The position numbers and the translations under genes are program-made. A stretch of DNA of 62,864 bases, the filler included. It is 14 parts of 14 records of this genome, joined end to end, with 100 filler letters (N's around TTAATTAATTAA, not from the genome) between each part and the next. Parts side by side here need not be neighbours in the genome. Positions count along the whole stretch, not along the records: positions 1 to 3,889 come from SRR7504441_8306; positions 3,990 to 7,858 come from SRR7504441_8323; positions 7,959 to 11,397 come from SRR7504441_8325; positions 11,498 to 20,310 come from SRR7504441_8328; 10 more parts are not named here. The stretch is one strand, 5' to 3'. How positions within the stretch are numbered: the first letter of the stretch is position 1; each line of letters starts with the position of its first letter. Below the pieces are notes generated by a model. It was not told where the DNA came from. It did not search any database and was given only the letters and a program-made list of their open reading frames with translations. Below, one piece after another: positions 1 to 11,970 of the stretch.

Positions 1-830
1 CATCTCCACTTGCTGCACGCCGACCCCGTCGCTAGTCTGATTAGTCTCTATGACTGCCTCGTCCACCCAACGTCGGGTCCTGACCGGGCTCACGCCCAGG
101 GGGGAGGGGGGGGCACCGTGGACCGAGCATGTAGCTGGCCACCACCCCGGCTGTGGCGCCGGCCACATGCACCACCGCGGAGCCGGCAAAGTCAAGGAAA
201 GGGTAGCCTCGGATGCCCTTGAGCAGCCAGCCGGTTGGGGCCCAAGTCCAGTGAAACACCACAGGCACCACCGAGCTAGACAGTAACCCGGCCAGCGCCA
301 CATACGCCGTGGTCCTGCCCGGCCGGTCAGCCCCGGCCAGACGGCGTACCGACTGGGCTCGCTCAGCCATCAGGCCGGAAGTGATGGTGACCGTATTGGC
401 CACAAAGGCCATCTGCCCGCGCGGTCGGCCGCGGGGCGGAAGGGGGAGGGGGTTGCCTGGAATAGCCAGAAGATCTGGCCTGTTCCGGTTCCGTCGATGA
501 AGAATTGGTCGGTTCCACAAAACCAGTCCGCCGAGGACGAGTTGGTATACAGGCCCGACAACCCCCAGCCCACAGCCCAGAAGCAGACGGCCGAGACTGC
601 CAGATCCATCAAATTCTGGCCCGCCAGTCAGACCGGCTCCCGGCCGGGCGGGCGCCTTGATTATGGTATCGAGGATGCTCCGGACCGAAACACTGCCGGA
701 CTCGAAGAACGAGAAGCCGATTTGCATGTCTGACCGGTCGGTGAGCGGCAGCGGCGAGAGCGGGCGCACAGAAGATGAGCCAGCTCGCATTGCTGATCCA
801 GACCACGTCTGCGGGGTCCGCGATCGTCAT
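1..830 (-). CDS. AMT: Ammonium transporter (Amt/Mep/Rh family), 3'-truncated at window edge, 5 short introns
   Basis: Spliced translation gives WLIFYMQIGFSFFESG, IKNLMDL, FQMAFVANTVTITSGLMAER, PVVFHWTW and DFAGSAVVHVAG, which are Amt signature segments. Introns at 616-655 and 413-456 are GC-AG. Confidence 0.93.
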
Positions 831-1146
831 TGGCCTCTCTTAGAGACGCCTCGTGAGAGACGGGTGCCTCGCCATGGATATCCTTTGTGACTTGGCTACC
901 ACAAAGTCTGTCCTCTGGACAAGGAATCCAGTCACAAAATGACTATCACTCCCGGAACGATCTGCGCTGACAACAAGCTCCCAAGATCTATGCGAAACAC
1001 CCGCCGATAATGAATTAATAATGAATCATCGTAATGTTACTCGCAATCACAATGAAACACATGATACACATGTCGATCAGTCACACTAATATAAAATGAA
1101 TGTACACTGACTACGCGCAGGTATAGCGCGCAGGGTCTCAAAGTGT

Positions 1147-3889
1147 TCATGCGCTCTGTGGGTTGCGCTGGATCCCGCGTTGCTGCATGGTCCGGTTGAT
1201 GTAGATGGTGACCAGCTTGAGCTGGCTAGTGTTGAGCTCTCCCAGGTAGGGCGCAAACTCGTCCCCGAGCTGCATGTAGATGTCCACCAAGCAGAACACC
1301 ACCGCCTTCCTCACCTGCCCCAGCTCGGACCCACACCGCACGGCCGCTCACGTCTGCGCACGGGTTCTTGAAGGCGTCGAACAGGCCCGGGCACATCTGG
1401 GGCACGTGCTCGAGCAGCACCATCGGCGGGAGCATCGGGACCAGCTTGGACAGCATCCTTATGCTCGCCTGGAGCACCGCGCCCGCCTCACTTGAGATGA
1501 GCGGAATCAGCGTGTCGATGCAGCGGTTTGGATTGACGGCCGAGATAAGCTGCTCGAGCGCATCCTCGGCCGCCTGGCACACCTCGCGGGTGGCGTCCCG
1601 GTACTTCTCGAGCAGCTTGACCATCACCACCTGCAGCTCAGGCTGACCGGCCGGCACCCGCCGGAGCAGCACCTCGATGAAGTCTACAAAGCTGGTCGGC
1701 TGGCTCTTTAGCATCTCCTTGATCACCACCAAAGAGAGCTCTCGGATCACGCTCTCGCCGTCGCAGAGCGTCTCGAGCACCACCAGCAGGATCTGCCCAA
1801 AGTAGGAAACCCATGAGGTGCCGCTCCTGCACAGCCTTATGATCTTGTGCAGAGAGTCCTTCCGGCGGTCCGGCGAGGCCGAGGACACGTCCGAGAGCAG
1901 GCTGGGCACCATGCTGGCCGACACTGCATAGCTGGCCCGCGACTCGGTCGGGGCAGGTTCGGGCTTGCGCTGCTCGTGCGGGATCGGGGGCGGCCGGACC
2001 TCCGCGGGCTGTGGGGCCGGGCTGTAGTGTGAAGGGTGGTAACCAATCTCTGGGTTGCTCGGTTCTGGCCGGGCCCTGCTAGGCGCGGTCTGCGGCCTGG
2101 ACTGGTCCTGCTGTGGGTTGGCCCGGGCCTTGTGCAGCGCGAGCTGGCTCTCAAACTCCGGGAGCACTGGGAGCAGCAGCTGCCGGAGCTCAGTCTGGAG
2201 CCCCGTGGGCAGCCCGGCCGCTGTCTGGAGCACCAGCCCGGAGTCCATCTCCCAGACCACCTGGAGCAGCTCGCTCACGGCCTGCCGCAGCTCGGGGCTC
2301 CGGTCGGCTGCGTGAGGGATCGCCTTGGCCAGCACTGGCTTGAGCTGGCCCGAGCTGTCGAGCTGCTCCTCGCTCACCAGCTGGGCGAGCCACTGGACTG
2401 CCGAGGCTTGCACCCGCGGGTTGCCGCCCTCGACCAGACGGAGCAGCACCGGGAGCGTGGCCTCGATCTGGCAGGTTCCGAGCAGCTGCTCGGCCAGCTC
2501 GTCGGCTCGCTCGCGAACGGCCTGCTTCGGGTCGAGCAGCTTCTGCATGATCCTAGGGAGCAGCCGCTCGATGTACGCGGCCACCGGCTCCGGGAACTTG
2601 CAGAGCAGCTGCTCGATTCCGTTGAGCACCGCCAAGCACACCCGGTAGTGCGAGTCAGTCAGCCGCTGGATGTGCAGCCGCATCAGCGCGTGCAGCTCAC
2701 CAGTCACCTCCGCCCGGTACGCCTCATTCCCTATCCTCTCCTGCAGCTGCCCGAACCCGTCCGCCCGGGTCTCCCAGTCCGCGTCCTCTGCCAGTCCTAT
2801 CAGCGCCTTTATCTCGTTCTGTGGCCTGGCCGGCCGTTCCCTTGAGCCAGCCCGCGCCGCCTGCCTCGGCTCACCCCCAACCTCCCTCTGCTCCCCGCCG
2901 TTCGCCCGGGCCCTATGCCCATTCGCGCCGCTCGGCTTTGCGTCTGGCTCTGTCCGCGGCGCTCGGGCTTGCGGGGGCGCCCTCCCCGCCCGCCCGACTG
3001 AGGTAGACCGGCTGCCGCTGGTTCGCGGCGGCCGTTGCTCCGAGGTGGCTGGCATCCGAGTGGGCAGCTCTGCCGACCGCTGGCGCTCCATCATCGGCGG
3101 GCGGCCGGGCTTTGGTGTGCCGTCGGATCGCCTGGTCTTGCTGGCCGACTGGGCCCGGGCTGATTGGGGCACCATCCCGCCCGGCTTGGATCTGGTTCCG
3201 GTCCCGAGCTCACGCCCGAGCGCACCCGGCTCGTACTTGGCCTCGCCCTCCTGGAGCACCCGCTGCATCGACGGGTCCACCGCGTTGAACAGCTCTTGCC
3301 GCCGGTCCTCCCACAGCCCGCAGTACGCGAAGAAGCATGCGCGCGCAGCCGTCCGCACGTTCCCGTCCCGGTCCGACACGTACTTGAGCACCGCGGTCCG
3401 GCAGCCGTCCACGTACCTGTCCATGATCGACTGCGGGTAGGTCTCCAGGATCTGGGCCAGGATCTCAACTGCCCGCCGACGATGCGCCGGCGGTTTCACC
3501 CCACAGACCTCCAGAATCTTGGATACGCACTTGGGCGACACACACGAGTTGACCAGCGAGCGGGTGCCCTGGACCCCGGCCATGTTTATGACTGCAATCG
3601 ACTGGTTGGTCAGCTTGAGCATCCCCTCAATGTACGCCTCGGCGTGCGGCTCGAGCAGCTCAGGGCAACAGGCTGAGATCATCGCAATCGTCGCACACGC
3701 ATCCCGGATTATGGCAGAGCGCAGGTCAGTGAGCTGGACCCCGAGCAGCTCGCGCAGCTCGCGCAGCACCCCGGGCCAGGCCGCGAACTCGGCCGCGTTC
3801 CCGAGCACGAGTGCCTGGAGCTGCTTCATCGCCTTCATCCGGGCGCTCCAGTCTCCCTCAGTGCCGGTCCGGAGCACCGGGAGCACGGC
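1147..3889 (-). CDS. CLASP: CLIP-associated protein (CLASP), TOG/HEAT microtubule regulator, 5'-truncated
   Basis: CLASP_N-like DWSARMKAM..LTDLRSAIIRDAC, an S/R/P-rich linker and a second TOG-like block. The C-terminal ..FKNPCAD|VRKAVVFCLVDIY..LKLVTIYI appears after removing a 37-nt intron (1315-1351). Confidence 0.9.
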
Positions 3890-3989
3890 NNNNNNNNNNN
3901 NNNNNNNNNNNNNNNNNNNNNNNNNNNNNNNNNTTAATTAATTAANNNNNNNNNNNNNNNNNNNNNNNNNNNNNNNNNNNNNNNNNNNN
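3890..3989. other. Artificial contig spacer (44 N + TTAATTAATTAA + 44 N). Identical spacers at 7859, 11398, 20311, 25138, 28609, 32730, 37655, 41007, 44150, 47914, 52257, 57856
   Basis: Thirteen identical 100-nt blocks carrying a six-frame stop linker. Confidence 0.99.
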
Positions 3990-4027
3990 CCATCGTCACA
4001 TATGATCACGGGTTTACAACTAGTTCC

Positions 4028-4876
4028 ATGACGGAAAGGCGACCAGGCCACCACCCCGCAATGCGATCCTCGCTTTCCGTTATGATTAACTCTCTATCCG
4101 CCGCAATGGCGTGTATGGAGACGATCCAGCGCCGGCTGACTCCGGATGGCCGGATGATGCACGAAGACGGTACGCCGTGGACCGAGGAGGAGTACAAGGG
4201 CTACTGCCGGGTGGACCCGGAGTACCCGAACGTGACCTACTTCAAGCAGGAGGACGTCTCACAGCACCCGGCCTGGCAGCGGGTGCTCAACCCGTCGGTC
4301 TCGCAGGAGTTGATAGACGCCTACCTGGACTACGACACGGACGAGGACCAGGAGCTCCAGGACCCGCAGATGAACCAGATTGAGTACGAGGGGCTCCCGG
4401 GCACCATCATCCACCAGACGGACAACATCGACTTCGCCTGCCGGATACTCCGGGCCCAGCGGGAGCGGCAGGAGGGGGTGGACTCTATCAAGGCGTACCG
4501 GCCCAACTTTGAGGGATCGGGCGACTTCTGGACCAAGCGGGCCGAGCAGTTCACCGGGCTCAGGGGGCCGATCGCGGTGCGCAAGTTCCGCGAGATGAAG
4601 CAGATGAAGTACAAGAAGCTGGGCAAGAAGATGCCCGACTTCGACGGCCAGCTGAGCCAGGAGACTATCCAGAAGCAGCTGGACAAGTGGCTGCCGTCGG
4701 ACGACATGGGCAAGATGGAGGGGGTTCAGAGCACTGTGCCCTACAAGTCAGGCAAGGGCGGACTGGGCCCCGCACCCGACAACTTGACCAGATCCGCCAA
4801 GCCGAACGCAAAGGCCATGCAAGAGGCGATGCAAAAAAAGAAGGCAGCCAGAGCTAAGGCCAAGGCCAAGTCATGA
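4028..4876 (+). CDS. Hypothetical protein, apparently intronless, Lys/Ala-rich C-terminus (true start may be 4106 or 4115)
   Basis: 282-aa ORF with strong G/C third-position bias and an AT-rich 3' flank. No family recognised. Confidence 0.75.
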   Translation: MTERRPGHHPAMRSSLSVMINSLSAAMACMETIQRRLTPDGRMMHEDGTPWTEEEYKGYCRVDPEYPNVTYFKQEDVSQHPAWQRVLNPSVSQELIDAYLDYDTDEDQELQDPQMNQIEYEGLPGTIIHQTDNIDFACRILRAQRERQEGVDSIKAYRPNFEGSGDFWTKRAEQFTGLRGPIAVRKFREMKQMKYKKLGKKMPDFDGQLSQETIQKQLDKWLPSDDMGKMEGVQSTVPYKSGKGGLGPAPDNLTRSAKPNAKAMQEAMQKKKAARAKAKAKS

Positions 4877-5026
4877 GCTGGTGGCATCTAGAGGAATGTG
4901 TATCCGTGACTTGTACATTAATAGTTAATTTACGTAAGGTACTCGTAGCAATAAGAATAGATTGGGCCTTGGAAGGGTGTGATAGTATGCTAGTGAGCGA
5001 TTTATCGCAGCAAACCCGGTTAGATA

Positions 5027-6718
5027 CTACTCCGTAGTAACCCCGGTTATATACTCTCTCTTAGACAAGCCATCTAGGCTCTCATCACCGAGCCTCAGAC
5101 TCCCGAGTGGTGGATCCTTCTGGTACACGAGGATGTATTTGTTGGGCTGCAACTGGTCTTGGTCCCCGCTGAAATGCTGGTGCCAGATCGGGGCCTGCTG
5201 CCGGTATCCGCTGTCCTCCAGGAACGGGCGCAGCGCCGGCTCCGAGCTCTCAAACAGCACAAAGTGCGAGGGCAGGCTAACACTAGGCCCGTACCGCTTT
5301 GCCACGAACTCGGCCGGGTCGCGCTCGAGCTGGTCCGACTCGGAGCCGTTGGCTGCCCGGCGGCCGGCTGGCGAGCAATCTGGGAACCACATGGGGAGCG
5401 GCCTGTGCAGCAGCGAGTAGTACGGGGTGGCGTGGCAGGGCATCAAGAAGTGCAGCTGCGAGCCAGGCGGGGCGGTCGCGGCCAGCTGCTCGATCACCGC
5501 CACCGGCCCGCGCTGGTGCCACCTGGGCCGGCTGAGCCCTAGGAGGGGGGAGCTGGGACCTGGCCATGTAGTAACCGACCAGCAGATTGGACACGACCAC
5601 CAGCCCGAGCAGCAGCCGGCTGGGGCCAGGCCAGCGCCGCCAGGCTGTCCTGGCCCCGTGCCCGGCGTAGGCTAGCCCGATCGGCAGCTGGGGCAGTATA
5701 AACCTGGCCGGGCTGGCGCTGGGGCCTTGGGCCGGGCACCTGAGCTCCTTGTGCGGATTGAGCGAGTAGGCCGCCACTGCAAGCAGCGCAGCCAGCAGCG
5801 GGAGCCGGGTGGGGGCGGCCCATGCCCCGATGGCCGCATACGGGAGCATGGTGCCCAGCATGGCCGGGATGGCCTCCAGCCAGTACCAGTACCAGGGGTG
5901 GGTGCCATACAGCTCGCTCACCCGCTCCCTCGTGTTGGCCACTAGGAAGTTCAGGCCGCTCAGCGTCCACTCGCCGTACCCCACCCGGTCGGTCAGCAGC
6001 CCCAGCCCGGCCGCCAGCCCCCCGATCGCCGCCGCCTGCATCATCAGCACGGGCGCGCGGCCAGGCCTGGCACAGAGCTCGATCACACTGCCCCAGCCGA
6101 TCAGCCCAGCCGCACCCGCAGCGCACCCGAGTATGGCCCACTGGACGGCCGCTGTCGGCCGGATCAGCACCGCGGCGGCGGCCAGTCCTAGCGCGGCGGC
6201 GGTGCGCGGCGGGTGGCCTGGGGCGACCGGCCAGAGGCTGAGGGCGGCCACCGACAGAGCGGCCTCCAAGCTGCCCCCAGTGAGCCCGGCCGATGCCGGG
6301 GGCGCCTGTTGGAGAAGCAGCGCGGGCTGCAGTAGAACATGAACCAGTTGAGCAGCTGCAGCCCGAGCGCCCACCGGCCGGACCGCTCCCCGAACAGCCG
6401 GCAGGCCAGTCGGTGCTGGCTCCAGTCCGCCAGCCCAGCCGCCATCCCGTGCACCAGCCGCGGGGCCGCAACCACCAGCCAGCGGCTGCCCAGCGCGTCG
6501 GCGGCTCTGTAGGCGGCGGCGAGCAGCAGGGGGTGGGCCCAGGGCCGGATCTTGGCCCGCCACTCCCAGGTCAGGTGCCCGTACCCAAACGCCAGCCGGT
6601 GCCCGGGCTCGGGGCCCTGCCAGTACTCGTCTGGGTTGAAGTAGGTGCACAGGAGCAGTCCGTTGAGCACCCGGAACCAGACCAGCGCCAGCACCACCAG
6701 CAGCCAGTGCGGCCCCAT
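5027..6718 (-). CDS. PIGB: GPI mannosyltransferase 3 (PIG-B/Gpi10, GT22 family), 4 introns
   Basis: Motifs TYFNPDEYWQGPE, GYGHLTWEW, FSNSLE, IRPT, YGTHPWYWY, HKELRFILP, HQRG and LMPCHATPYYS. Confidence 0.95.
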
Positions 6719-6900
6719 GCTGCCGTTATTTTTATACTCGTACTAGAGCTCATTGGTAGATAGTTGTATGTCCTAATGAACCGCACGGCCTTACACACGT
6801 TGTACAGTATGACCATCTGCTTTTATCGCACGCAGCCCAAGCAGAGCCCATCCTCTATATTAAATCAACTAAGGGTTATTTGTGAACCTAGCGCCTCGAG

Positions 6901-7551
6901 CTAGCGCAGGTATCCGGACAGCTGCATCCACGCCTTGTCCAGGTCCCCGTTGCACTCGCGGAGGGCCATGGCGCACTCCTTCTCCCCGACCGCGTCCCGC
7001 TTATTGGTGCGGGCCACGAGGGCGGCCAGGCGCTGGTCCTCCAACGTCATCGAGGCCGGCTTCCCCCCGGAGAGCTGCTGCTCCAGCTCGAGCAAGCAGT
7101 TGAAGTAGGCCTCGTTCGGGAGCACGCAGTCCCGGTGCCCCCGCACCAGCTCCCACGCCTCTTTCAGCGATATCTCGAGCGTGCGCATCGCGTACCCTAT
7201 GGCCACTGCCCCGCTGCGAATGATCCCGCTGCGGCAGTAGATATACACTTGCCCGTTTTTGCGGTGCTTGTCGATGAAAGCGGTGGCCGCGTCTAGCACC
7301 CGCGGGAAGTCGGTGGCATCCAGGTCGAGCGGCTCGGTGGTTTTGATCAGGTCGCGGTCAGTTGGCGTGTTGTCCTCCTCGGCCGGGTCCATCACCGAGA
7401 TCAGGGCGCACACGTTGGCCATCTTCATCTCCTCGACGCAGTGGGCCCAGTTGATCGGCCCCAGCCGCACCCCGCCCGTCGCATCCTGGGCGGAATCCTC
7501 CCCCGGTATTATCAGCTGCGAGTGCGCGGCGTCATTCCAGCGAGACCCCAT
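6901..7551 (-). CDS. Dual-specificity phosphatase with C-terminal UBA/EF-Ts-N-like helical domain
   Basis: CX5R loop VYIYCRSGIIRSGAVAIGYAM plus PNEAYFNCLLELE. The tail ECAMALRECNGDLDKAWMQL is UBA-like. Confidence 0.85.
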   Translation of the reverse strand: MGSRWNDAAHSQLIIPGEDSAQDATGGVRLGPINWAHCVEEMKMANVCALISVMDPAEEDNTPTDRDLIKTTEPLDLDATDFPRVLDAATAFIDKHRKNGQVYIYCRSGIIRSGAVAIGYAMRTLEISLKEAWELVRGHRDCVLPNEAYFNCLLELEQQLSGGKPASMTLEDQRLAALVARTNKRDAVGEKECAMALRECNGDLDKAWMQLSGYLR

Positions 7552-8191
7552 TTTGCTGAGGCCTGAGCTTAACTCTGCCGTTAGTATAGGAAAGCCGGTA
7601 CAGTTCGGAGCGGATTTACTGGCCTAAAAACCGAATTTTGGGAAATGTGCGCCTCGAAGTGGGGTGGGAATTCGGGGCTGTAAACCTAGATTCTGGACCT
7701 TCGTACTATGATCTTAAGACGATCTTCCCAGTTTGGGGATTGCATTCCTATTTCGTATCATATTAAATTCATTTATGTCGCTTATGTCGCTACTGCAGGG
7801 TTTAACACAACCTTTTGAGAATTGTGTTTGAGAATTGTGTCGTCCTAGTGGTCTCCCTNNNNNNNNNNNNNNNNNNNNNNNNNNNNNNNNNNNNNNNNNN
7901 NNTTAATTAATTAANNNNNNNNNNNNNNNNNNNNNNNNNNNNNNNNNNNNNNNNNNNNCGGCCGGAGCTCGAGGACTCCGACTACACTAGAGTATGCGGC
8001 GATCTTTTTTCGGTATACAATCACGAAAGACTATAACGTTATATTTATTTATAACGGTTTGCAATACACAACAAACTCGTGTATGCGTGGTACGTCTTCT
8101 CCTGTGCCTCACACGGGAGATAGGAGAAGACGTACCATGGCATGCAAAGTGTGCAGTGTGTAGAAGCTGAAGGAGCACACCGGGCCGGCTG

Positions 8192-9673
8192 TCAAATCGC
8201 ACAGGTATCGTCCTGGGTGCAGAACATCATGTAGCCCAACCCACAAATGGCTAGAATGATCATGACGTAGATGCAAATCTTGCCAGGTCCCTTGCCGTCT
8301 ATTGCCTGACCGGACCCTCAAACAAAAGCACAATTTCCCGACGAGACCTCCTTCAGCTTCTGCATCTGCGTCGCCGCCTTTTCGCTTTTGCCAGTGGTCT
8401 TCTCCATGTCAGCAGCCATCGCCGTTTCTATTGCTGTCACCCTCTTTGAGTGGTCCATGATCTGCATTGCGCGCTCCTACACACCGCGCTCAGCACAAGC
8501 CACTCACGCGCCTAGCTACCTTGAGCGCCACGTTCTTCTCGTACAGCACCAGCAGTTGCTCGTCAATCTGCTGGTCCTTGGCAAGGTACTTGTGGTAGTT
8601 CTCCCAAGACCTATCCAGCGTCTAAAGCTCGCCCGCTTGCAGCGGCTCACTGTGGGTCAAGGTCCGGCAGCTCGCCGTCGTCGTTCACTTGCATATTGAA
8701 GGTCCCGGCCTGGGCTGGGCTCAGCCTAGCGTAGGCTTTCGCTCACCTTCTCAGCAAGTGTTGAGCCTATCTGCTTGCGATCCTTTTTACCCATTCTGCA
8801 TATCATATCAAACTGCACCGGCGCTCACCGACCCGCCAACCAGCCAGGCACCTGCTCGCGGCAAAGCTCGATCGTCTTCTCCCGGATCTTTAGGGTCTGC
8901 CAACGGCTCAGCCACTCACCGACCGGTGCGCTGCCTGCTCAAAGGAAATGTCAGACCCTATGGCCGCCTCCTCTTGCACCGCGGTCGGGTTTTTCTCCCA
9001 CCTGCGGCCAGATCACTGCTGGCCTGGTCGCGGGCCCACCGGGCTTCGTCCTTAGCCAGAATGCTTTCCATCGCTTCGATCCCTTCATCGCACTTCTTTT
9101 TGTTGTCTTCAAACTTGGCCTTGGCTTCATTCCCCATCCTGCGCCCCCGAATGGCGCCTCCGCCAAAGCCCGCCGCGGCGTCGCCCACCTGATCCGGTCC
9201 ATCCGCGACAGCTTTTCTCCCCCCTCGTCGTCCTCCCCCTGCCTCCGGATCGGCCCCAGGCCCCGTTCCGGCTTTGCCTGGGCCCCAAACGTGCCCAGGC
9301 TCATCGCGCCGTCTTGTTGGGTCATCTTGGCCTCCCGCATCGCCCGCAGGTATCTGCCTCCGCTCGGCCCGCCCCGGGCGCCTCAAACCTGTTCACTTTG
9401 CGCTGCTGCGTTTCAAACTCATCCAACTGCCCGTCCTGCCCCGCCGCTCGGCGTCCCGCCCAGCAGGCCACGCGCCTGCGCGTCACGCTCGGCGTCCCTC
9501 TCGCGCGAGATCTTGATCGGCTCCATCTCCAGAAACTCGAGCATCTTCTCGCCTGAGCCCCCGGCTGGCAACCGCCCGGCCCGGGGCGCACAGTTGGCCT
9601 TGATTTGGGTCAGCTCGCGCAGCGGCGGCGGCCCGGCCGAGAAGCGGAACACTTTCCCGCAGAACCCGCCCAT
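8192..9673 (-). CDS. Qc-SNARE, SYP7-like syntaxin, about 11 introns
   Basis: Spliced C-terminus KDQQIDEQLLVLYEKNVALKERAMQIM...MEKTTGKSEKAATQMQKLKEAIDGKGPGKICIYVMIILAICGLGYMMF is a SNARE coiled coil plus tail anchor resembling plant SYP7. Not visible in the ORF track. Confidence 0.75.
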
Positions 9674-9842
9674 CCCGCCGACTCACGTTAGTGCTCAGTC
9701 CTCAAGAGGCGGCTCGCCCACCACTCTTCTCCCCGGCGTTGCCTTCAAAAGTCCGTTGTTTTTGTTGAACAATGGGGCAATAATAGCTATCTGGATCGTG
9801 TAAGCACCGACACACAGCTAGGCCGAGCGGCTCCGCAGCGGG

Positions 9843-11031
9843 ATGGCACACATTGAATACGCGGCCACGCCGGCCGCGGAGCAGTTCTCAAAGGTGTTTG
9901 AGGCCACCTTCGAGCGGCTCGGCGAGCGCAAGGCCGACCACCTAGCAGAGACCAAGCAACAGACTCTCGACGAGTGGGACCAGCGCCGGCGCGAGCGGTA
10001 CACCAACATGGCCAACAACCCCAAGGTGCGGCCCGGCCCGGCCCGGCCCATCCGCTCGGCCAGGTGGCGTCGCACCCCGGCCCGATGAAGCCATGCTCCA
10101 AAAGCGCCAACCCAGACGGCTGCTTCGGGCCGCTGCACCCCAACCAAGGTGCCACCAACCGACGGCCCGCGGCGGGAGCGGTGGGCAGGCGAGTACATGT
10201 CTGGAGCCCGGCGGGACATGCTGTGCGTGCCCAATAGATCGATCGCCGCGCTGCGACACCCGACGTGGTATGCAGGCAGCTCGGTACCCGGGCGAGTCGT
10301 GCGGCTGCTGAGCGCTGGCAGGTGAGCAAGGTGTTCCCCGAGCCCTCGCTCGAGCTGATGGGGCCGGACCACCCGGTCAAGGTGGCTCCGGCGGTGGCTG
10401 CGGGTGCTGACTGCGCTGCAGGAGAAGATTATTACACATGTGGCCAACACTAGGAAGGAGGTGCCGGCTGATGCTTCGGGAGGTGAGCTTGGAGCGGCAG
10501 GTGCTTGAGAAGGGCACCACCCGCGGGACAAAGAATGCCAAGGAGCGGCTGGAAGAAAAGGAACGGCTGGAGAGCGAGGCACGGTGTGCAGCTCGGTTGG
10601 ACTTGGGCTCAGTGCTGCCAGGAATGGGAGAGATCCAATGCCAAAGTGGATCCAGGCCGTGGCGCCCAACAAGGCGTTCCATCCGTTGGTGCTCAACAAG
10701 TCCAATTATATACTAGAGAAGCATCGAGACTTGGCGACGCGGCCTCTCAAGTCACTAGGGGTAGCTCATGAATAATTGGCAAAATTCACATTGGGTTTGG
10801 CAACAGGTGACAAAGATGCGTACGCTGGGATTTGGCCGTTTCTTCGAGCCTCGGCTGAGGTGAGTGAATGTGATTTCTTGTTTATTGATGGCGCTAGCTG
10901 TGATCTTGATTGTTGTACGTATTGCCAGGTTGATCAATGAGAAGATATTCTCCGACACCAAACCAGGCTGGCCAGATGACAGGATCAACTACATGGATTT
11001 GTATTACAAGAAGGACCAAAAGGAGTCCTAA
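9843..11031 (+). CDS. Hypothetical multi-exon protein
   Basis: ATG 9843, exons joined by GT-AG short introns, last exon LINEKIFSDTKPGWPDDRINYMDLYYKKDQKES* (TAA 11029-11031). No family recognised. Confidence 0.65.
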
Positions 11032-11205
11032 TTCATCTACGACTTCTTTGATCATGTTGTGTCTACGCACGTTGATGGTTCATGCTTTAAATGCTTCCCG
11101 TCTACTTCAACTACTTTGGATGGCCTTAGGGATGCTTTTAGGATGGTTTAAAGTTGACTAATACTTGTATGGGCATAATAGAAGCATTATTACATGCATG
11201 CTGGA

Positions 11206-11397
11206 TCACATGGCAGCTCGCAGCTTGCCGATCCACTCGGCCTGAGCCTCAGCCGTGCTTGCCAGCCGCCCCATCGTCATGACCGCCGCGCACGGGAACT
11301 TACCAATCGCTGACTCGCCCGAGAGCATCACCGCATCCGTACCGTCCCAAACCGCGTTGGCCACGTCACTGGCCTCCGCACGGGTCGGCACCGCATT
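11206..11397 (-). CDS. PK: Pyruvate kinase, 3' end only (5'-truncated by contig end)
   Basis: [32 protein letters not shown] is the PK barrel signature. Confidence 0.92.
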   Translation of the reverse strand, partial: NAVPTRAEASDVANAVWDGTDAVMLSGESAIGKFPCAAVMTMGRLASTAEAQAEWIGKLRAAM

Positions 11398-11497
11398 NNN
11401 NNNNNNNNNNNNNNNNNNNNNNNNNNNNNNNNNNNNNNNNNTTAATTAATTAANNNNNNNNNNNNNNNNNNNNNNNNNNNNNNNNNNNNNNNNNNNN

Positions 11498-11815
11498 CCC
11501 CCCCCTCTTCATCGGCCCGGCCGGCGCGCCGCTCGCGACTCATCGAAAGGCTGGAGCTAGGCTGGAGCATCACCCTTGAGGTCGAGGGGACCGACTCGAT
11601 TGCTGCTGTCAAGGCGAAGATCCAAGACAAGGAGGGCTTTCCACGCGATCGACAACGCCTCTATCCATTTGGTGGAATTCCATATGTGAAAAAGGTGGAT
11701 TCCATAATTATCACATCGATATCATAAAGGTGGAAAACAGCTGGAGGATGGCCGCACGTTGCAGGATTACAACATCCAGCACGAGGCGACACTAGTATTG
11801 GAAATGTCTGATTAG
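11498..11815 (+). CDS. C-terminal ubiquitin-like domain of a 5'-truncated gene, lacking the terminal GG
   Basis: [62 protein letters not shown] after removing a 58-nt GT-AG intron (11672-11729). Confidence 0.8.
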
Positions 11816-11970
11816 ATTATGTCATGACATCGATTTTTTATTGATCTACAATTGTACATGTACAGTATGAGATTTGTCGCGCCGGCGACATCTGCTCGTC
11901 ACCAAGTACAGATGACTGATGATCTACAATGTATTCGAGTTTGTAGACCGAAAATCTGGTACGAAACAAA

